From: Candidatus Versatilivorator sp.
GTDB taxonomy: Bacteria > Acidobacteriota > Terriglobia > Versatilivoradales > Versatilivoraceae
Assembly: GCA_965207735.1 (NCBI GenBank)
Contig: OZ242296.1
Span: forward strand, 3,296,001-3,360,000
Reading direction: 5' to 3'
DNA length: 64,000 bases
The position numbers and the translations under genes are program-made. Positions within the stretch are counted from its first letter, which is position 1, and every line of letters starts with the position of its first letter. The notes beneath the pieces were generated by a model. That model did not search any database and was not told the DNA's origin. It saw nothing but the letters and a program-made list of their open reading frames with translations. Shown in pieces: positions 38,569 to 48,650 of this stretch.

Positions 38569-39615
38569 TCAACACTCATCGATTCCCAGCGATTCCGCGG
38601 TCTCCACCACCCGCTGCCAGACATCCTCTACGATCGGGATCCCCTCCCGTTCCCGTCGAGCCTGCGTCTCGACCTCGGGATCACCCGGAACCCGCACCTG
38701 CTCAAACCCGGGCGCCGGCGGCACCGCTCGCACCCTCTGCTGCATTTCGTCGGCGCGCCGGGCGAAGGTGGAGTAGGGCTGGAACAGGTCGGCCCGAAAC
38801 ACCAGAAAGGTGTCTCCCTGGTGGCGCAGGACGTCGTCCGAGACCTGGGGATCGGCAAAGGAATCGGATCCCAGCAGGATGCGGCTCAGGAACTCGGCCG
38901 CCAGCATGATGGCCCAGCCCTTGTGCTGCCCGAAAGGGGTGTGGCCGCCCCCCTCGAAAAAATCGGCCGGCTTGGTAGTGGGTCGGCCTTCCTTGTCCAC
39001 GATACAACCCGGGGGGAGCGATTCCCCCCGGCTGTAGGCGTTGTCGACCTTGACCCCCGAGATGGCCGATGTGGCGAAGTCGGCCACCATGGGAGGTTCT
39101 TCTCCCGCGGGGATTCCCAAGGCGATGGGATTGGTGTGCAACAACGGGCGGCTGCCGCCGAACGGCATCACCCTGGGCTTGTTCTCGCTTAAGCCTCCCA
39201 CCCAGACCATGGAGATCATTTTCTCGGCGGCAGCCATTTCCGCGTAGTGGCCCAGGCGTCCAATGTGGTGGGCCTGGACCAGGCCCACCAGAGCCACCTG
39301 TTCCCGGCTGGCCTTTCGGATGGCGGTTTCCATGGCGAACCGGGCCGCCACCTGCCCGAACGTCCAGTGACCGGAGATCAAGGCCGAGTTGGGCTTTTCC
39401 TCAAGAATCCCCGGCTTTTGCGCGGGGGCGAGCTGCCCGGCCCGGATAGCCTTGACGTACCCGGGGATGTGCCAGATGCCGTGGGTGTCGACGCCTCTGA
39501 GGTTGGCCAGCACCAAGTGCTCGGCAACCTCTTGGGCGTTGGACCGGTCGGCGCCGGCGGCTGACAGGATTCGGGAGGTAAGTTGGCGGAGAGCCTCTGC
39601 CGTTCGAATGATCAT
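38569..39615 (-). CDS. Ldh_2-family (malate/L-lactate/sulfolactate-type) oxidoreductase
   Basis: LRGVDTHG, HHIGRLG, TNPIA, DFATS, GQHKG and VRVPGD motifs. Confidence 0.93.
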   Translation of the reverse strand: MIIRTAEALRQLTSRILSAAGADRSNAQEVAEHLVLANLRGVDTHGIWHIPGYVKAIRAGQLAPAQKPGILEEKPNSALISGHWTFGQVAARFAMETAIRKASREQVALVGLVQAHHIGRLGHYAEMAAAEKMISMVWVGGLSENKPRVMPFGGSRPLLHTNPIALGIPAGEEPPMVADFATSAISGVKVDNAYSRGESLPPGCIVDKEGRPTTKPADFFEGGGHTPFGQHKGWAIMLAAEFLSRILLGSDSFADPQVSDDVLRHQGDTFLVFRADLFQPYSTFARRADEMQQRVRAVPPAPGFEQVRVPGDPEVETQARREREGIPIVEDVWQRVVETAESLGIDEC

Positions 39616-39680
39616 ACAAGCTCCCAGTTCAAAGGCACGAATAAAAAAATCGCGGCTCGACGGCCCGGTGGCTTACCGGC

Positions 39681-41051
39681 TTACCGGATCAAGCCGGCCT
39701 GAACGGCCAGTCCAAAGACCACGCATCCCATGATGACCCCGGCCGAAGCCAGCAGCAGCACGGCCACCGGCCGGCCCATTCTCAGAGGCCGCTCGGTGCG
39801 GAAGGCCAGCCAGCAGATGGCGATGGTGGCCAGGGGCGTGCCCAGCACGCCGATGATGTAGTGGCTGATCAGCACCATCAGGGCGGGCCGGGTGGGGACC
39901 AGCAGATAGAGGGTGAGCACCGACACCAGGAAGGCGGTCTGGACCACTTGCTGCGATCCACGCACGGCCTGGGGGCGGCTTCGGTCGACCAACCCCAGGC
40001 TGCACAGGAAATCGGTAATGATCCGCCCGTTGACGGCCGTGGCCGCCAGCAGGGTGGAAAGCAGGGTGGCCATTGCACTGACCAGGAAGATGCTCTTGGA
40101 CCAGGGGCCGTAGCTTTCGGTAAAGATGGAGGAAATCTGGTCGACGACCCCAATTCCCGCCGGAGTCTTGCCCAAGGGGAAGAGAATGGCCGCCCCCAGG
40201 ATGAAGTAGGACGCCGTCACCACTGTGGCCAACAGGGTGGCCAGGCCGGCATCCACTTTGAGCATTCGGATCCAGCCCCGGGCCCGTTCGACCCATCCCT
40301 CGGAATCCCGCGGCCCCAGGAGTGTGCCGTAGCCCTTCTCCAGCACCCAATAGGGATAGACCACCAGCTCCGCACCGGAGACCCCCAGGGCGCCGATGAG
40401 GCTGATGACGGCAAAGGCAGCCAGGCGAACGTCGGTATCTCCCAGAGAGAAGCCCAGGCCTGACCACAAGTCGGCTCCGCTCACGCTAAAGGGGGTGCCT
40501 TGAAGCATGACCAGGCCCACCAGCGCCGAGACACTCAGCAGCAGGGCCAGGCCGATCATCAGCTTCTCCAGCCGCCCGTAGAGGCCTCTCCAGAGCAGCA
40601 ACTGTACCCCGACCACCACCAGCACCGCCCAGATTCGAGCCGATCCGATGGAGTCGGAGGAGAGGGGCATGATTCCGTGCATCAGGCCCGCCATGGCTCC
40701 CACCAGCCCCGAGGAGCCCACCTGGGCCAACAGCCATCCCCCCATGAAGGCCCACACCAGCCAGGACGTGTTCCGCAAACGGGGACCGGGAAAGGGGCTC
40801 AGAGCTGCGAAGACGGTCCGGTTGTGGACCAGGCAATAGCGGCCCACCTCGACCTGGAGAAAGTACTTGATGACGCAGGACAGCAGCACCGCCCACAGCA
40901 GCACGAACCCGAACCGTGCCGCCTGCAGCGGCGTGTTGATCAGCTCTCCCGAGCCGATCACTCCGGCAGCCAGCACGATTCCCGGCCCCACGGCAAGCAG
41001 CATGGGCCAAGGCCTCACTGGGGCGTTTCTGATGGGAGAGTCGGTGCTCAT
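39681..41051 (-). CDS. NRAMP-related transporter
   Basis: GPGIVLAAGVIGSGELI; ~11 TM helices; lacks the canonical DPGN motif. Confidence 0.85.
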   Translation of the reverse strand: MSTDSPIRNAPVRPWPMLLAVGPGIVLAAGVIGSGELINTPLQAARFGFVLLWAVLLSCVIKYFLQVEVGRYCLVHNRTVFAALSPFPGPRLRNTSWLVWAFMGGWLLAQVGSSGLVGAMAGLMHGIMPLSSDSIGSARIWAVLVVVGVQLLLWRGLYGRLEKLMIGLALLLSVSALVGLVMLQGTPFSVSGADLWSGLGFSLGDTDVRLAAFAVISLIGALGVSGAELVVYPYWVLEKGYGTLLGPRDSEGWVERARGWIRMLKVDAGLATLLATVVTASYFILGAAILFPLGKTPAGIGVVDQISSIFTESYGPWSKSIFLVSAMATLLSTLLAATAVNGRIITDFLCSLGLVDRSRPQAVRGSQQVVQTAFLVSVLTLYLLVPTRPALMVLISHYIIGVLGTPLATIAICWLAFRTERPLRMGRPVAVLLLASAGVIMGCVVFGLAVQAGLIR

Positions 41052-41087
41052 AGGGTGTGGGGTTGTGGTTGCGGCAGGTTCGCCGGC

Positions 41088-41786
41088 TCAGGGTTTATCC
41101 GGTCGCATGCGCCGTTTCAATGCATCCAGGCTGAAGCGGTTTTCCAGGAAATCGAAGAATTCCGCCTCCTCATCCTGCACCTGGCGGGCCGCGGCTGCCA
41201 GGGAATCGACGGCCTCCTCCGGGATACTGATCAGGCCGCTCTCGTCTCCGTGCAGCAGATCGCCGGGCTGGATGGTCAGGCCGGCGACGGTTACCGGGGT
41301 ATTGAAGCTGAGGTAGGCCGGATACCCGTGGGACGCCACCCAACCGGCGCAGAAGATCTGGAATTCGGGAGTCCTGCGGGCAATTCCGCTCTTGTCCCGT
41401 GCGTTGACGTCGGTAACGATGCCGACGCCGCCCAACTTGTCCAGAGCGCAGGAGAACATGTCGCCGATGACACAGCAGCGCTCGCGTTCATGGCCATTGT
41501 GCTGAATCACCAGAACGATGGGCCGGGGAGCGGCCTCCAGGGCTTCCAGCAACTCGCCGACCCGAGGCGGCCTGCGGTCCCCCGGGGTGGTGCTGTCGGC
41601 GGTTGCCGTGACCGCGTAGCCGACCATGGGCTCGAGATGAGGAAACTGGCAGGCGATCCGGTTGGAGGCATAGCCGGTGACCCGGTCCCGCAGGGCCAGC
41701 TTTTCGATGGCGTTGGAAACCGTGGCCGTATCGAAGGCCCGGAGGGCCCGGAGGACTTCCGGCGAATGGCGCACTGGGGGGGACAC
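41088..41786 (-). CDS. RraA/HMG-aldolase family protein
   Basis: DTATVSNA, MVGYAVT, GIVTDVNARD and IQPGDLLHGDESG motifs. Confidence 0.9.
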   Translation of the reverse strand: MSPPVRHSPEVLRALRAFDTATVSNAIEKLALRDRVTGYASNRIACQFPHLEPMVGYAVTATADSTTPGDRRPPRVGELLEALEAAPRPIVLVIQHNGHERERCCVIGDMFSCALDKLGGVGIVTDVNARDKSGIARRTPEFQIFCAGWVASHGYPAYLSFNTPVTVAGLTIQPGDLLHGDESGLISIPEEAVDSLAAAARQVQDEEAEFFDFLENRFSLDALKRRMRPDKP

Positions 41787-41826
41787 GGGGTCTCCTGGAT
41801 CTTCGGCCGGGGTTGGCCGAGCAAGT

Positions 41827-42708
41827 TCAGACAGCTTTGGCGATTCTCTCCTGCAAGGCCGCCATTTTCTCCATCTGCTTCATGAAGTCGATGGTCCCGG
41901 TGAGAGCGGTCCTCCAGTCGGGTTTGCAGGGAACGCTGTCGAGTGAAATGTAGCCCGAGAAATTCATGGCGTTGAGAGTCCGCACCACATCCAGAAAGTC
42001 GATGTGACCAGTCCCGGGAGTCTGCCGGTTATTGTCTGCCAAGTGGATGTGCATGAGCCGGTCGCCGGCCGCCCGCAGGGCGTCGTTCAAGGGGCCGTCT
42101 TCCATGTTCACGTGGAAGAAATCGGCCAGGACTCCCAGGTTGGGGGCGTCGATCTCGTCCACGATCCCCTTGCCTTCAACCAGGCTGTTGAGGAAACCGG
42201 CGTACCCTTCGAAGCGGTTGATGGGCTCGATGGCGATATCGACGTTCCGCTCGGCCGCATACTCGGCGATTTCCCGGGTGGACTGGATGAAATTGGCCCG
42301 CAGCAGGTCGATCGGCGTCTTGGTCACCGGGTACTCGGACTGGGCCGGGGAGGCCACGATCTCGAAGACGGGAGGATCGTCGAAGGTCGCCGCCAGGTCC
42401 ACGCTCTTCTTGGCATAGTCCACGCCGTGACGCCGCTCCGATTCGTCGGTGGAGGCCAGGTCCCGGACCTCGCCCGCGTGCCAGGGCGCCCAGGCACCGA
42501 TCAAGGCCGGCACTTTCAGACCCAGGGAGAAGGCCATTTCCTTGACCTGATTGAACAGGCTGGCCTCGATGCGGTCGGGCTCGGCATCCAGGTCCACCCC
42601 GTCATAGCCCGCTTCGGCCACCGCTTCCAGCACCTCCCGGGGCTTCTCCCAGACATTGCCGCCGCTGGACGCCAGTGTGCATAGAATCACCGAATACTTG
42701 TGCCCCAT
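41827..42708 (-). CDS. Sugar phosphate isomerase/epimerase (ketose 3-epimerase-like TIM barrel)
   Basis: AIEPINRFE, DFFHVN and HIHLADNNRQTPGTGHIDF motifs. Confidence 0.9.
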   Translation of the reverse strand: MGHKYSVILCTLASSGGNVWEKPREVLEAVAEAGYDGVDLDAEPDRIEASLFNQVKEMAFSLGLKVPALIGAWAPWHAGEVRDLASTDESERRHGVDYAKKSVDLAATFDDPPVFEIVASPAQSEYPVTKTPIDLLRANFIQSTREIAEYAAERNVDIAIEPINRFEGYAGFLNSLVEGKGIVDEIDAPNLGVLADFFHVNMEDGPLNDALRAAGDRLMHIHLADNNRQTPGTGHIDFLDVVRTLNAMNFSGYISLDSVPCKPDWRTALTGTIDFMKQMEKMAALQERIAKAV

Positions 42709-42884
42709 GGCTCAACCTCCGCTCGCTTCAGGTGGGTCTGTGACCGGTTCTCCTGACCTTGGCTCGCCGGTTCTCCGGCCGCCACGGCAGTCTAATCGAA
42801 AGCCCGGCCTCCTGGCAACCGTCCGGAGGGTTGGGATAAACTGACCGGATTGAAGACTCTTGGGCGAAGCGGAGGAACAGAGCC

Positions 42885-43541
42885 TTGAAAAGAGGAATCA
42901 TCCTGGCAGGTCTCTTGTGCTGGTTGCTGGCGCCGCTTGAGCGGCTGCCGGGACACGGGGTGCTGGGCCGGGTGGTGCAGCACCACATCGTGGCCACGGT
43001 GGGGGCCTCCCACCTGGACGTGACGGTGGAGTTGACCTTCCATTCCGTTTTCGCACAACGGGAGCGCCGGCGGCTGGATGCGGACGGCGACGGACTGATC
43101 CGGGCCGAGGAGACCCGGCGATATCTGGACGAGATTCTGGGCGCTCTCGAAGCGGGCCTGTGGATCTCGGCCGGGACGCGGGAGATCAACCTGACCACCC
43201 TGCATCCTCCCGAAGTGGATCTGCTGGAGAATGAGGCGGCAGGAGACCATCCGCTGCGAGTCAGGGCCACCTATGTAGCCAGGCGGGCAGGGACATTGAA
43301 ACGGACTGGACTGGCGCAACTGGAGAGTCGATTGTGGCCGGAGGCTCCGGCTCTCTGTTTTCTGGAGATTCGGCATCGGGGAAGCGCCATCGGCCCGGGG
43401 CGGCGGGTGACCTCCTTCTTCGGCCCGGGGACCAGCAGACGGTTCAGCCTGGACTTGTTCCCCCGGGCGGCCGCGGCCCGCCGGCAGCCGAATGCCTCGC
43501 AGCCTGGAGATTTCCGCCGCGAGGGCAGACCTGGGAGGTAG
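42885..43541 (+). CDS. Exported hypothetical protein with an EF-hand-like loop
   Basis: GGAGG RBS; signal peptide; DADGDGLIRAEE. Confidence 0.65.
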   Translation: MKRGIILAGLLCWLLAPLERLPGHGVLGRVVQHHIVATVGASHLDVTVELTFHSVFAQRERRRLDADGDGLIRAEETRRYLDEILGALEAGLWISAGTREINLTTLHPPEVDLLENEAAGDHPLRVRATYVARRAGTLKRTGLAQLESRLWPEAPALCFLEIRHRGSAIGPGRRVTSFFGPGTSRRFSLDLFPRAAAARRQPNASQPGDFRREGRPGR

Positions 43542-43542
43542 C

Positions 43543-45822
43543 GTGCGGTTTACCGTCTGCAAGAAGACGACTCCTATAACCGGACGATTCCGTCCCAGAC
43601 CCCGTCCAGGCTGGTTGCTGCTGCCGGCGCTGGTCGGGTGTCTCTGGATCGGTCCAACCCTGGGACTGGCCCAACCCGGGAGTCGGACGGCGGACATCGG
43701 GGAGCTGGTCAGCGTCCTGCTGCGCAAGCACCCCTATCTGTTCGATGACGAGGCCAGGGATCGGCTGGAGGCCGCCTATCGCGAGTATCGGTTGAGCCAG
43801 GCCGCCGAGCGCGAACGGGAAAAGGCCGGGCGCGGGGCATCGGCGGAAGAACGGTCCAGGGGCGCACAACGACCCGCCTGGGCGGCCCGCTTCGCCCTGG
43901 CCCATTTCCTGGACACCTGCCCCGGCTTGATACGGCTCGACTTGAGGCAGGGGCTTCCCGACACCACCTTGATGGATCCGATTGAGCTGCCCGGCAACGT
44001 GGGGGCTCTGCTGCTTCAGGTGGTAAACGGCCGGGAGGAAACGCGCTACCATCTGCAGAATTATGCACTCTCGGATCTGCAGGCAGTCGAGCCCATCCGA
44101 ATCGAGGCGGCCGCCCCAGCCACCACCTGGGTGCTGTTGAGTCTGAGCGGCATTCCCAACCGACGGGTTTCGCTGGTGCTCGAGCTTCAAAGGGAATCCG
44201 GGGAGCCGGTTCGGCTTCCACTGGAAGTCAAGGCGCCCTCTCCGGCCCGATTGAAGGTTCGCGTGCTCTCCGACGACACCGGCCTGGAGACCCCGGCCAT
44301 GGTCCGACTGGTCTGGAAGCTGAACGGGCAGGACTTTCGGCCCAGCAATGCCCTGGACCTGGTGGAGCAGTTCGAAGGCCACGGAAGCAGCCAGCTTTCC
44401 ACCAATCTGCCCGGACGCCTGCGGGGCGACTACTGGTGCGTCCCCGGCCCCTTCGACATGGCTCTGCCTCCCGGGCAGTGGGAGATCGCCATCCGGCGGG
44501 GGTTGGAGCATCTCCCCCTGTTCGACACCATCACCCTGAAACCCGGCGAAACGGCAGAACGCACCTACCGGCCGCGGCGCTGGGTCGACATGCGCAAGCT
44601 GGGGTGGTTCTCGGGGGACGACCACGTCCATTTTCGCCTGCTCAGCGACGAGGACGCCCGGCGCTTGATGACCTGGGTGCAGGCCGAGGACCTGCACCTG
44701 GCCAACGTGGTGGAGATGGGTGACGTCAACAGGACCTGGTTCCGGCAGCGAGGGTTCGGCAGGGAACACCGCGTCGTCTCCGCCGGCCATATCCTTTCGC
44801 CCGGACAGGAGTGCCCCCGCACCGGCGCCCGCTTCCGGCTGGGCCACGTCCTGGCCATGAACACCACCAGCCTGGTGCGAAACCCCGACCGATACTTTCT
44901 CTACGACTGGATGTTCGACCAAGTCCACCGGCAGGGGGGCCTGACGGGCTACGCTCACGTGTACCGCACCTATCCTCAACTGCACCGCGACATGAGCATC
45001 AACGTTCCCAAGAACAAGGTCGACTTCCTGGAGCTGATGCAGATCGGCATCCTGGGCACCAATCTCTACTACGAATTCCTGGATCTCGGCTTCAAGTTGA
45101 CGGCCGCCGCCGGGTCGGACGTACCTTTCGCGGGGACGGTGGGAGAGGTCCGAATGTACGCCTACGCTCCGGAGGCGGGTGACGGCGATGCCTGGTTTGA
45201 AGCCGTGGGCCGGGGGCGAACCTTCGTCACCAACGGTCCCATGCTGGAACTAAGGGTCGGCGGAGCTATGCCGGGTGACGAGCTCCGGGTGGAAAAGGGG
45301 CAGAAGGTCCGGGTCCACGCCCGCGCCTGGGGCCATCCCGGACGATCCCGGCCTTCCCGGTTGGAGATCGTGCGTCACGGGCGGGTCATTCGCCACCTCC
45401 AGCCGAGCCATCCGTCCGAACACGAGTTGCGCCTCTCCTTCGAGCTTGAAGGGGAAAACGGCTACTGGATCGCGGCCCGGGCCGAAGGCAACGATGGTTC
45501 TCAAGCCCACACCACCCCGGTCTACGTGGTTCGCAAGCCCCTGAGATTCTGGAACTACGATAAGGTCGAGCGGCTGATCGCAACCCGGCTGGACAGCCTG
45601 GACGAGGTGGAACGCCTGGTGGACCGGGCCCGGTCGCTCCACGGAGGCCAAGTCACCGATGAGCCCCGGGGCGAAGGCGAACGAGCCGCATGGTGGGAGA
45701 CACGGCGACTGGCGGAGCAGGGGCCCGAACTGTTGGACAGGGTAGCCGAGGCCAGGCGGATCTACCGGCAACTGCGCCTGGTTTGGAAGCGGGAAGGGTC
45801 GCAACGGGAGGGGATTCGTTGA
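43543..45822 (+). CDS. CehA/McbA-family PHP-like metallohydrolase
   Basis: GWFSGDDHVH, GQE, LGH, GYAH, AGSD, GRTFVTNGP and AHTTPVYV motifs; GTG start after GGAGG. Confidence 0.88.
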   Translation: MRFTVCKKTTPITGRFRPRPRPGWLLLPALVGCLWIGPTLGLAQPGSRTADIGELVSVLLRKHPYLFDDEARDRLEAAYREYRLSQAAEREREKAGRGASAEERSRGAQRPAWAARFALAHFLDTCPGLIRLDLRQGLPDTTLMDPIELPGNVGALLLQVVNGREETRYHLQNYALSDLQAVEPIRIEAAAPATTWVLLSLSGIPNRRVSLVLELQRESGEPVRLPLEVKAPSPARLKVRVLSDDTGLETPAMVRLVWKLNGQDFRPSNALDLVEQFEGHGSSQLSTNLPGRLRGDYWCVPGPFDMALPPGQWEIAIRRGLEHLPLFDTITLKPGETAERTYRPRRWVDMRKLGWFSGDDHVHFRLLSDEDARRLMTWVQAEDLHLANVVEMGDVNRTWFRQRGFGREHRVVSAGHILSPGQECPRTGARFRLGHVLAMNTTSLVRNPDRYFLYDWMFDQVHRQGGLTGYAHVYRTYPQLHRDMSINVPKNKVDFLELMQIGILGTNLYYEFLDLGFKLTAAAGSDVPFAGTVGEVRMYAYAPEAGDGDAWFEAVGRGRTFVTNGPMLELRVGGAMPGDELRVEKGQKVRVHARAWGHPGRSRPSRLEIVRHGRVIRHLQPSHPSEHELRLSFELEGENGYWIAARAEGNDGSQAHTTPVYVVRKPLRFWNYDKVERLIATRLDSLDEVERLVDRARSLHGGQVTDEPRGEGERAAWWETRRLAEQGPELLDRVAEARRIYRQLRLVWKREGSQREGIR

Positions 45823-45909
45823 AGGCCCGTCGCCGACCCATGCTTCCGATCCTGCTTGCCCTGGATTGGGTGTTACCTGTAGCCTAACTCATTGGCAACG
45901 GAGGGAAAT

Positions 45910-46776
45910 ATGCTAAGTCCAGAGCAGGTTCGTCAATACCGCAACGACGGCTTTACCGTCTGCCAGGGGTTCTTGCCGGAAGGAGAGGTCGACCGATTCC
46001 GGGAAGAAATCAACGGGATCTGCGCCGGGAACACCCTGGCGCAGCACGACAGCACCCTGATGGAAATGGAACCGGCCCAGCCCCCCGAGGGGAACCGGGT
46101 GAGGCGGATCTACCAGCCCTGCCACCACTTTCCGGAATTCGGCCGCCTTTCGCATTCGGACAGGCTGCTGGACTGCGTGGAGCAGCTTCTGGGACCCGAC
46201 CTGCTGATCCAGTACAGCAAGATCAACATGAAGCCGGCCGACGTGGGCTCGGTGGTGGAGTGGCACCAGGACCTGTCCTACTATCCTTTGACCAATCGCG
46301 ACTCGCTGGCGGTCCTGTTCTATCTGGACGACGCCAGCCGAAGCAACGGCTGCCTGAAGATCATCCCGGGGCGCCACGGCGGGCCCTTGCTGAGCCACAC
46401 GCGGGACGGCCTGTTCCAGGGACGGGTTACCGAACCCGTGGATGGCTCCGGGGCGGTGTTTGTAGAGGGCGGAGCCGGAACCGCCATCTTCATGCACTGC
46501 ATGGCTCCTCATGCCTCGGCGCCCAACACCTCGTCCCGGCCGCGTCGAACCCTCATTCTGAGCTATCGAGCCGCCGACGCCTTCCGCATTTACGACGGCG
46601 AGAACACGACCTCGAGCGAAGCCTACGTCCGCCTGGTCCGGGGACAGCACAGTAGCGTGGCCCGCTTCACCATGAACGAGTTTCCCATTCCCACCTATCC
46701 CGGAAAGTTCGTCTCCCTCTACGACCTTCAGGACAAGTCCCGCCAGTCCGAAGTCCAGCAGGAATCCATTGGATAG
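45910..46776 (+). CDS. Phytanoyl-CoA dioxygenase (PhyH) family Fe(II)/2OG oxygenase
   Basis: EWHQD, NGCLKIIPG and HASAPNTSSRPRR motifs. Confidence 0.93.
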   Translation: MLSPEQVRQYRNDGFTVCQGFLPEGEVDRFREEINGICAGNTLAQHDSTLMEMEPAQPPEGNRVRRIYQPCHHFPEFGRLSHSDRLLDCVEQLLGPDLLIQYSKINMKPADVGSVVEWHQDLSYYPLTNRDSLAVLFYLDDASRSNGCLKIIPGRHGGPLLSHTRDGLFQGRVTEPVDGSGAVFVEGGAGTAIFMHCMAPHASAPNTSSRPRRTLILSYRAADAFRIYDGENTTSSEAYVRLVRGQHSSVARFTMNEFPIPTYPGKFVSLYDLQDKSRQSEVQQESIG

Positions 46777-46787
46777 CCAGGAGCGTC

Positions 46788-47150
46788 TCAGAGAAAACTT
46801 TCCAGATATTTGAAGGGTTGAGGCGACAGCAGGAGTTGGTCCAGGTGGTACTGCCAGCAGCACTCGGTGTCTGTGGCCTCGAATTCCACCCGGCACCGGG
46901 AGCAGTGGACCAGGGCCACCCATTGGTGCGGGTCGCTGCCGAAAAAGGCCTCGGCGAACTCTTCGGAGAGCAGAATGCGGTCGGGGTGGTTGAACAGCCA
47001 GCTCTTGCGGTCGAGCCGGGAGGCGTTGACCCGGACCGTCCCCTGGTGGAGGATCACCCCGTCGTAGCGGTAGCCCATGTCCCGAATGCCCAGCCACCCC
47101 TGGGCCACGGCCCGATCGACGGCCTTGATCAGGATCTCGCGTTCGGTCAT
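46788..47150 (-). CDS. Hypothetical protein (resembles a phage-type small protein family)
   Basis: MTEREILIKAVDRAVAQGW...SEEFAEAFFG...WQYHLDQLLL...KYLESFL; CxxC and CC. Confidence 0.7.
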   Translation of the reverse strand: MTEREILIKAVDRAVAQGWLGIRDMGYRYDGVILHQGTVRVNASRLDRKSWLFNHPDRILLSEEFAEAFFGSDPHQWVALVHCSRCRVEFEATDTECCWQYHLDQLLLSPQPFKYLESFL

Positions 47151-47218
47151 GACCTGGGTAGGGGAGGGAGCCCGGCGGGGGGAGTCAGCCGCTGAGCCGG
47201 CTCGGCCGTCTCAGCGGC

Positions 47219-48643
47219 TCATGCCATGATTTTCTGCGCGACCACTCCGTGGACGTCGGTCAGGCGGAAATCGCGGCCGCCGTGGTGGTAGGTGAGGTCC
47301 TCGTGATTCAGGCCGAGCAGGTGGAGGATGGTGGCATGCAGATCGTGGATGTGCATGCGGTCCTCCACGGCGTGGTAGCCGAATTCGTCGGTGGCTCCGT
47401 AGATGCTTCCCGGCTTGACCCCGCCGCCGGCCATCCACATGGTGTAGCCGTAGGGGTTGTGGTCGCGGCCGTCGTGCTGGGCGAAGGGCGTGCGTCCGAA
47501 CTCGCCTCCCCACACCACCAGCGTATCCTGCAACAGCCCACGGGCCTTGAGGTCGGTCAGCAGTCCCGCGATGGGCCTGTCCACCTCGCCGGCGTTCTGG
47601 GCGTGCAGCCGCGCCAGGTCGCTATGCTGGTCCCACTTGTAGCTGTGCCAACAGCGCACCACCCGCACACCCTTCTCCACCAGTCTGCGGGCCAGCAGCA
47701 ACTGCCAGCCATAGTCATGGGTGCGCTTGTCGTCCAGACCGTAGAGCTTGCGGGTGGCTTCCGTTTCCCCCTTGATATCCAGGATCTCCGGGGCGTCCAT
47801 CTGCATGCGGAAGGCCAGCTCGAATGACTGAATGCGAGCCTCCAGCTTGGGATCGAAATCGTTGTCCAGGGCGTTGCGCCGATTGATCTTCTGCAGCATC
47901 TCCAGCTCGTAGCGCTGCTGCTCCGAGGTCAGGTTCCCGCTGGTCAGGTGCTCGATGGGGTTGTCCTGGATGTCCGGCACCTTGACGGTGTCGTTGCCGA
48001 TGGGAGTCCCCTGATAGGCGCCCGGCAGAAAGCCGGAATGCCAGTTCCTGGCCCCGCCGTGGTAGTAGGAGGGCTTGATTTCAATGTAACCGGGCAGGTT
48101 CTGGTTCTCGGTTCCCAGGCCGTAAAAGATCCAGGAACCCATGCTGGGCAGGGTGAAGTTGAGCGTTCCGGTGTTGAGCTGGAGCAGGGCCGCCCCATGG
48201 TCCACGCCCTCGCCCACCATGGAGCGAATCACGCACAGCTCGTCGGCGTGGGCTCCCACCTGTCGAAAGAGATCGCTGACCGGAATGCCGCTCTCACCGT
48301 AGCGGCGGAAGGCGAAGGGCGACTTCATGAGTCCGCCCAGATCCTCGGGAGCGAACTGGAGCGACAGCTTGAAGGGGATGGGTTTGCCGTGGTCCTTCTC
48401 CAGCCGGGGCTTGGGGTCGAAGGTGTCAACCTGGGAAGGGCCGCCGTGCATGAACACGAAGATGACCCGCTTGGCCCGGGGGCTGAAGTGGGGAAGCTTG
48501 GGAGCAAGTGGATTGCGAGGCGCGGAGTCGGCCAGCAGGCCGCTGTCCTGCGCCAGCAGAGCCTGCAGTCCCAGGGCTCCGAATCCGCAGGCCGTTCGGC
48601 GCAGCATCGCCCGCCGGGAAATGGGTCGGGATGGGAGATTCAT
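47219..48643 (-). CDS. DUF1501 domain protein (Tat signal)
   Basis: SRRAML; GGPSQVDTFDPKP; WDQH; GEFGRTP; GRDH. Confidence 0.95.
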   Translation of the reverse strand: MNLPSRPISRRAMLRRTACGFGALGLQALLAQDSGLLADSAPRNPLAPKLPHFSPRAKRVIFVFMHGGPSQVDTFDPKPRLEKDHGKPIPFKLSLQFAPEDLGGLMKSPFAFRRYGESGIPVSDLFRQVGAHADELCVIRSMVGEGVDHGAALLQLNTGTLNFTLPSMGSWIFYGLGTENQNLPGYIEIKPSYYHGGARNWHSGFLPGAYQGTPIGNDTVKVPDIQDNPIEHLTSGNLTSEQQRYELEMLQKINRRNALDNDFDPKLEARIQSFELAFRMQMDAPEILDIKGETEATRKLYGLDDKRTHDYGWQLLLARRLVEKGVRVVRCWHSYKWDQHSDLARLHAQNAGEVDRPIAGLLTDLKARGLLQDTLVVWGGEFGRTPFAQHDGRDHNPYGYTMWMAGGGVKPGSIYGATDEFGYHAVEDRMHIHDLHATILHLLGLNHEDLTYHHGGRDFRLTDVHGVVAQKIMA

Positions 48644-48650
48644 GGTTCCC

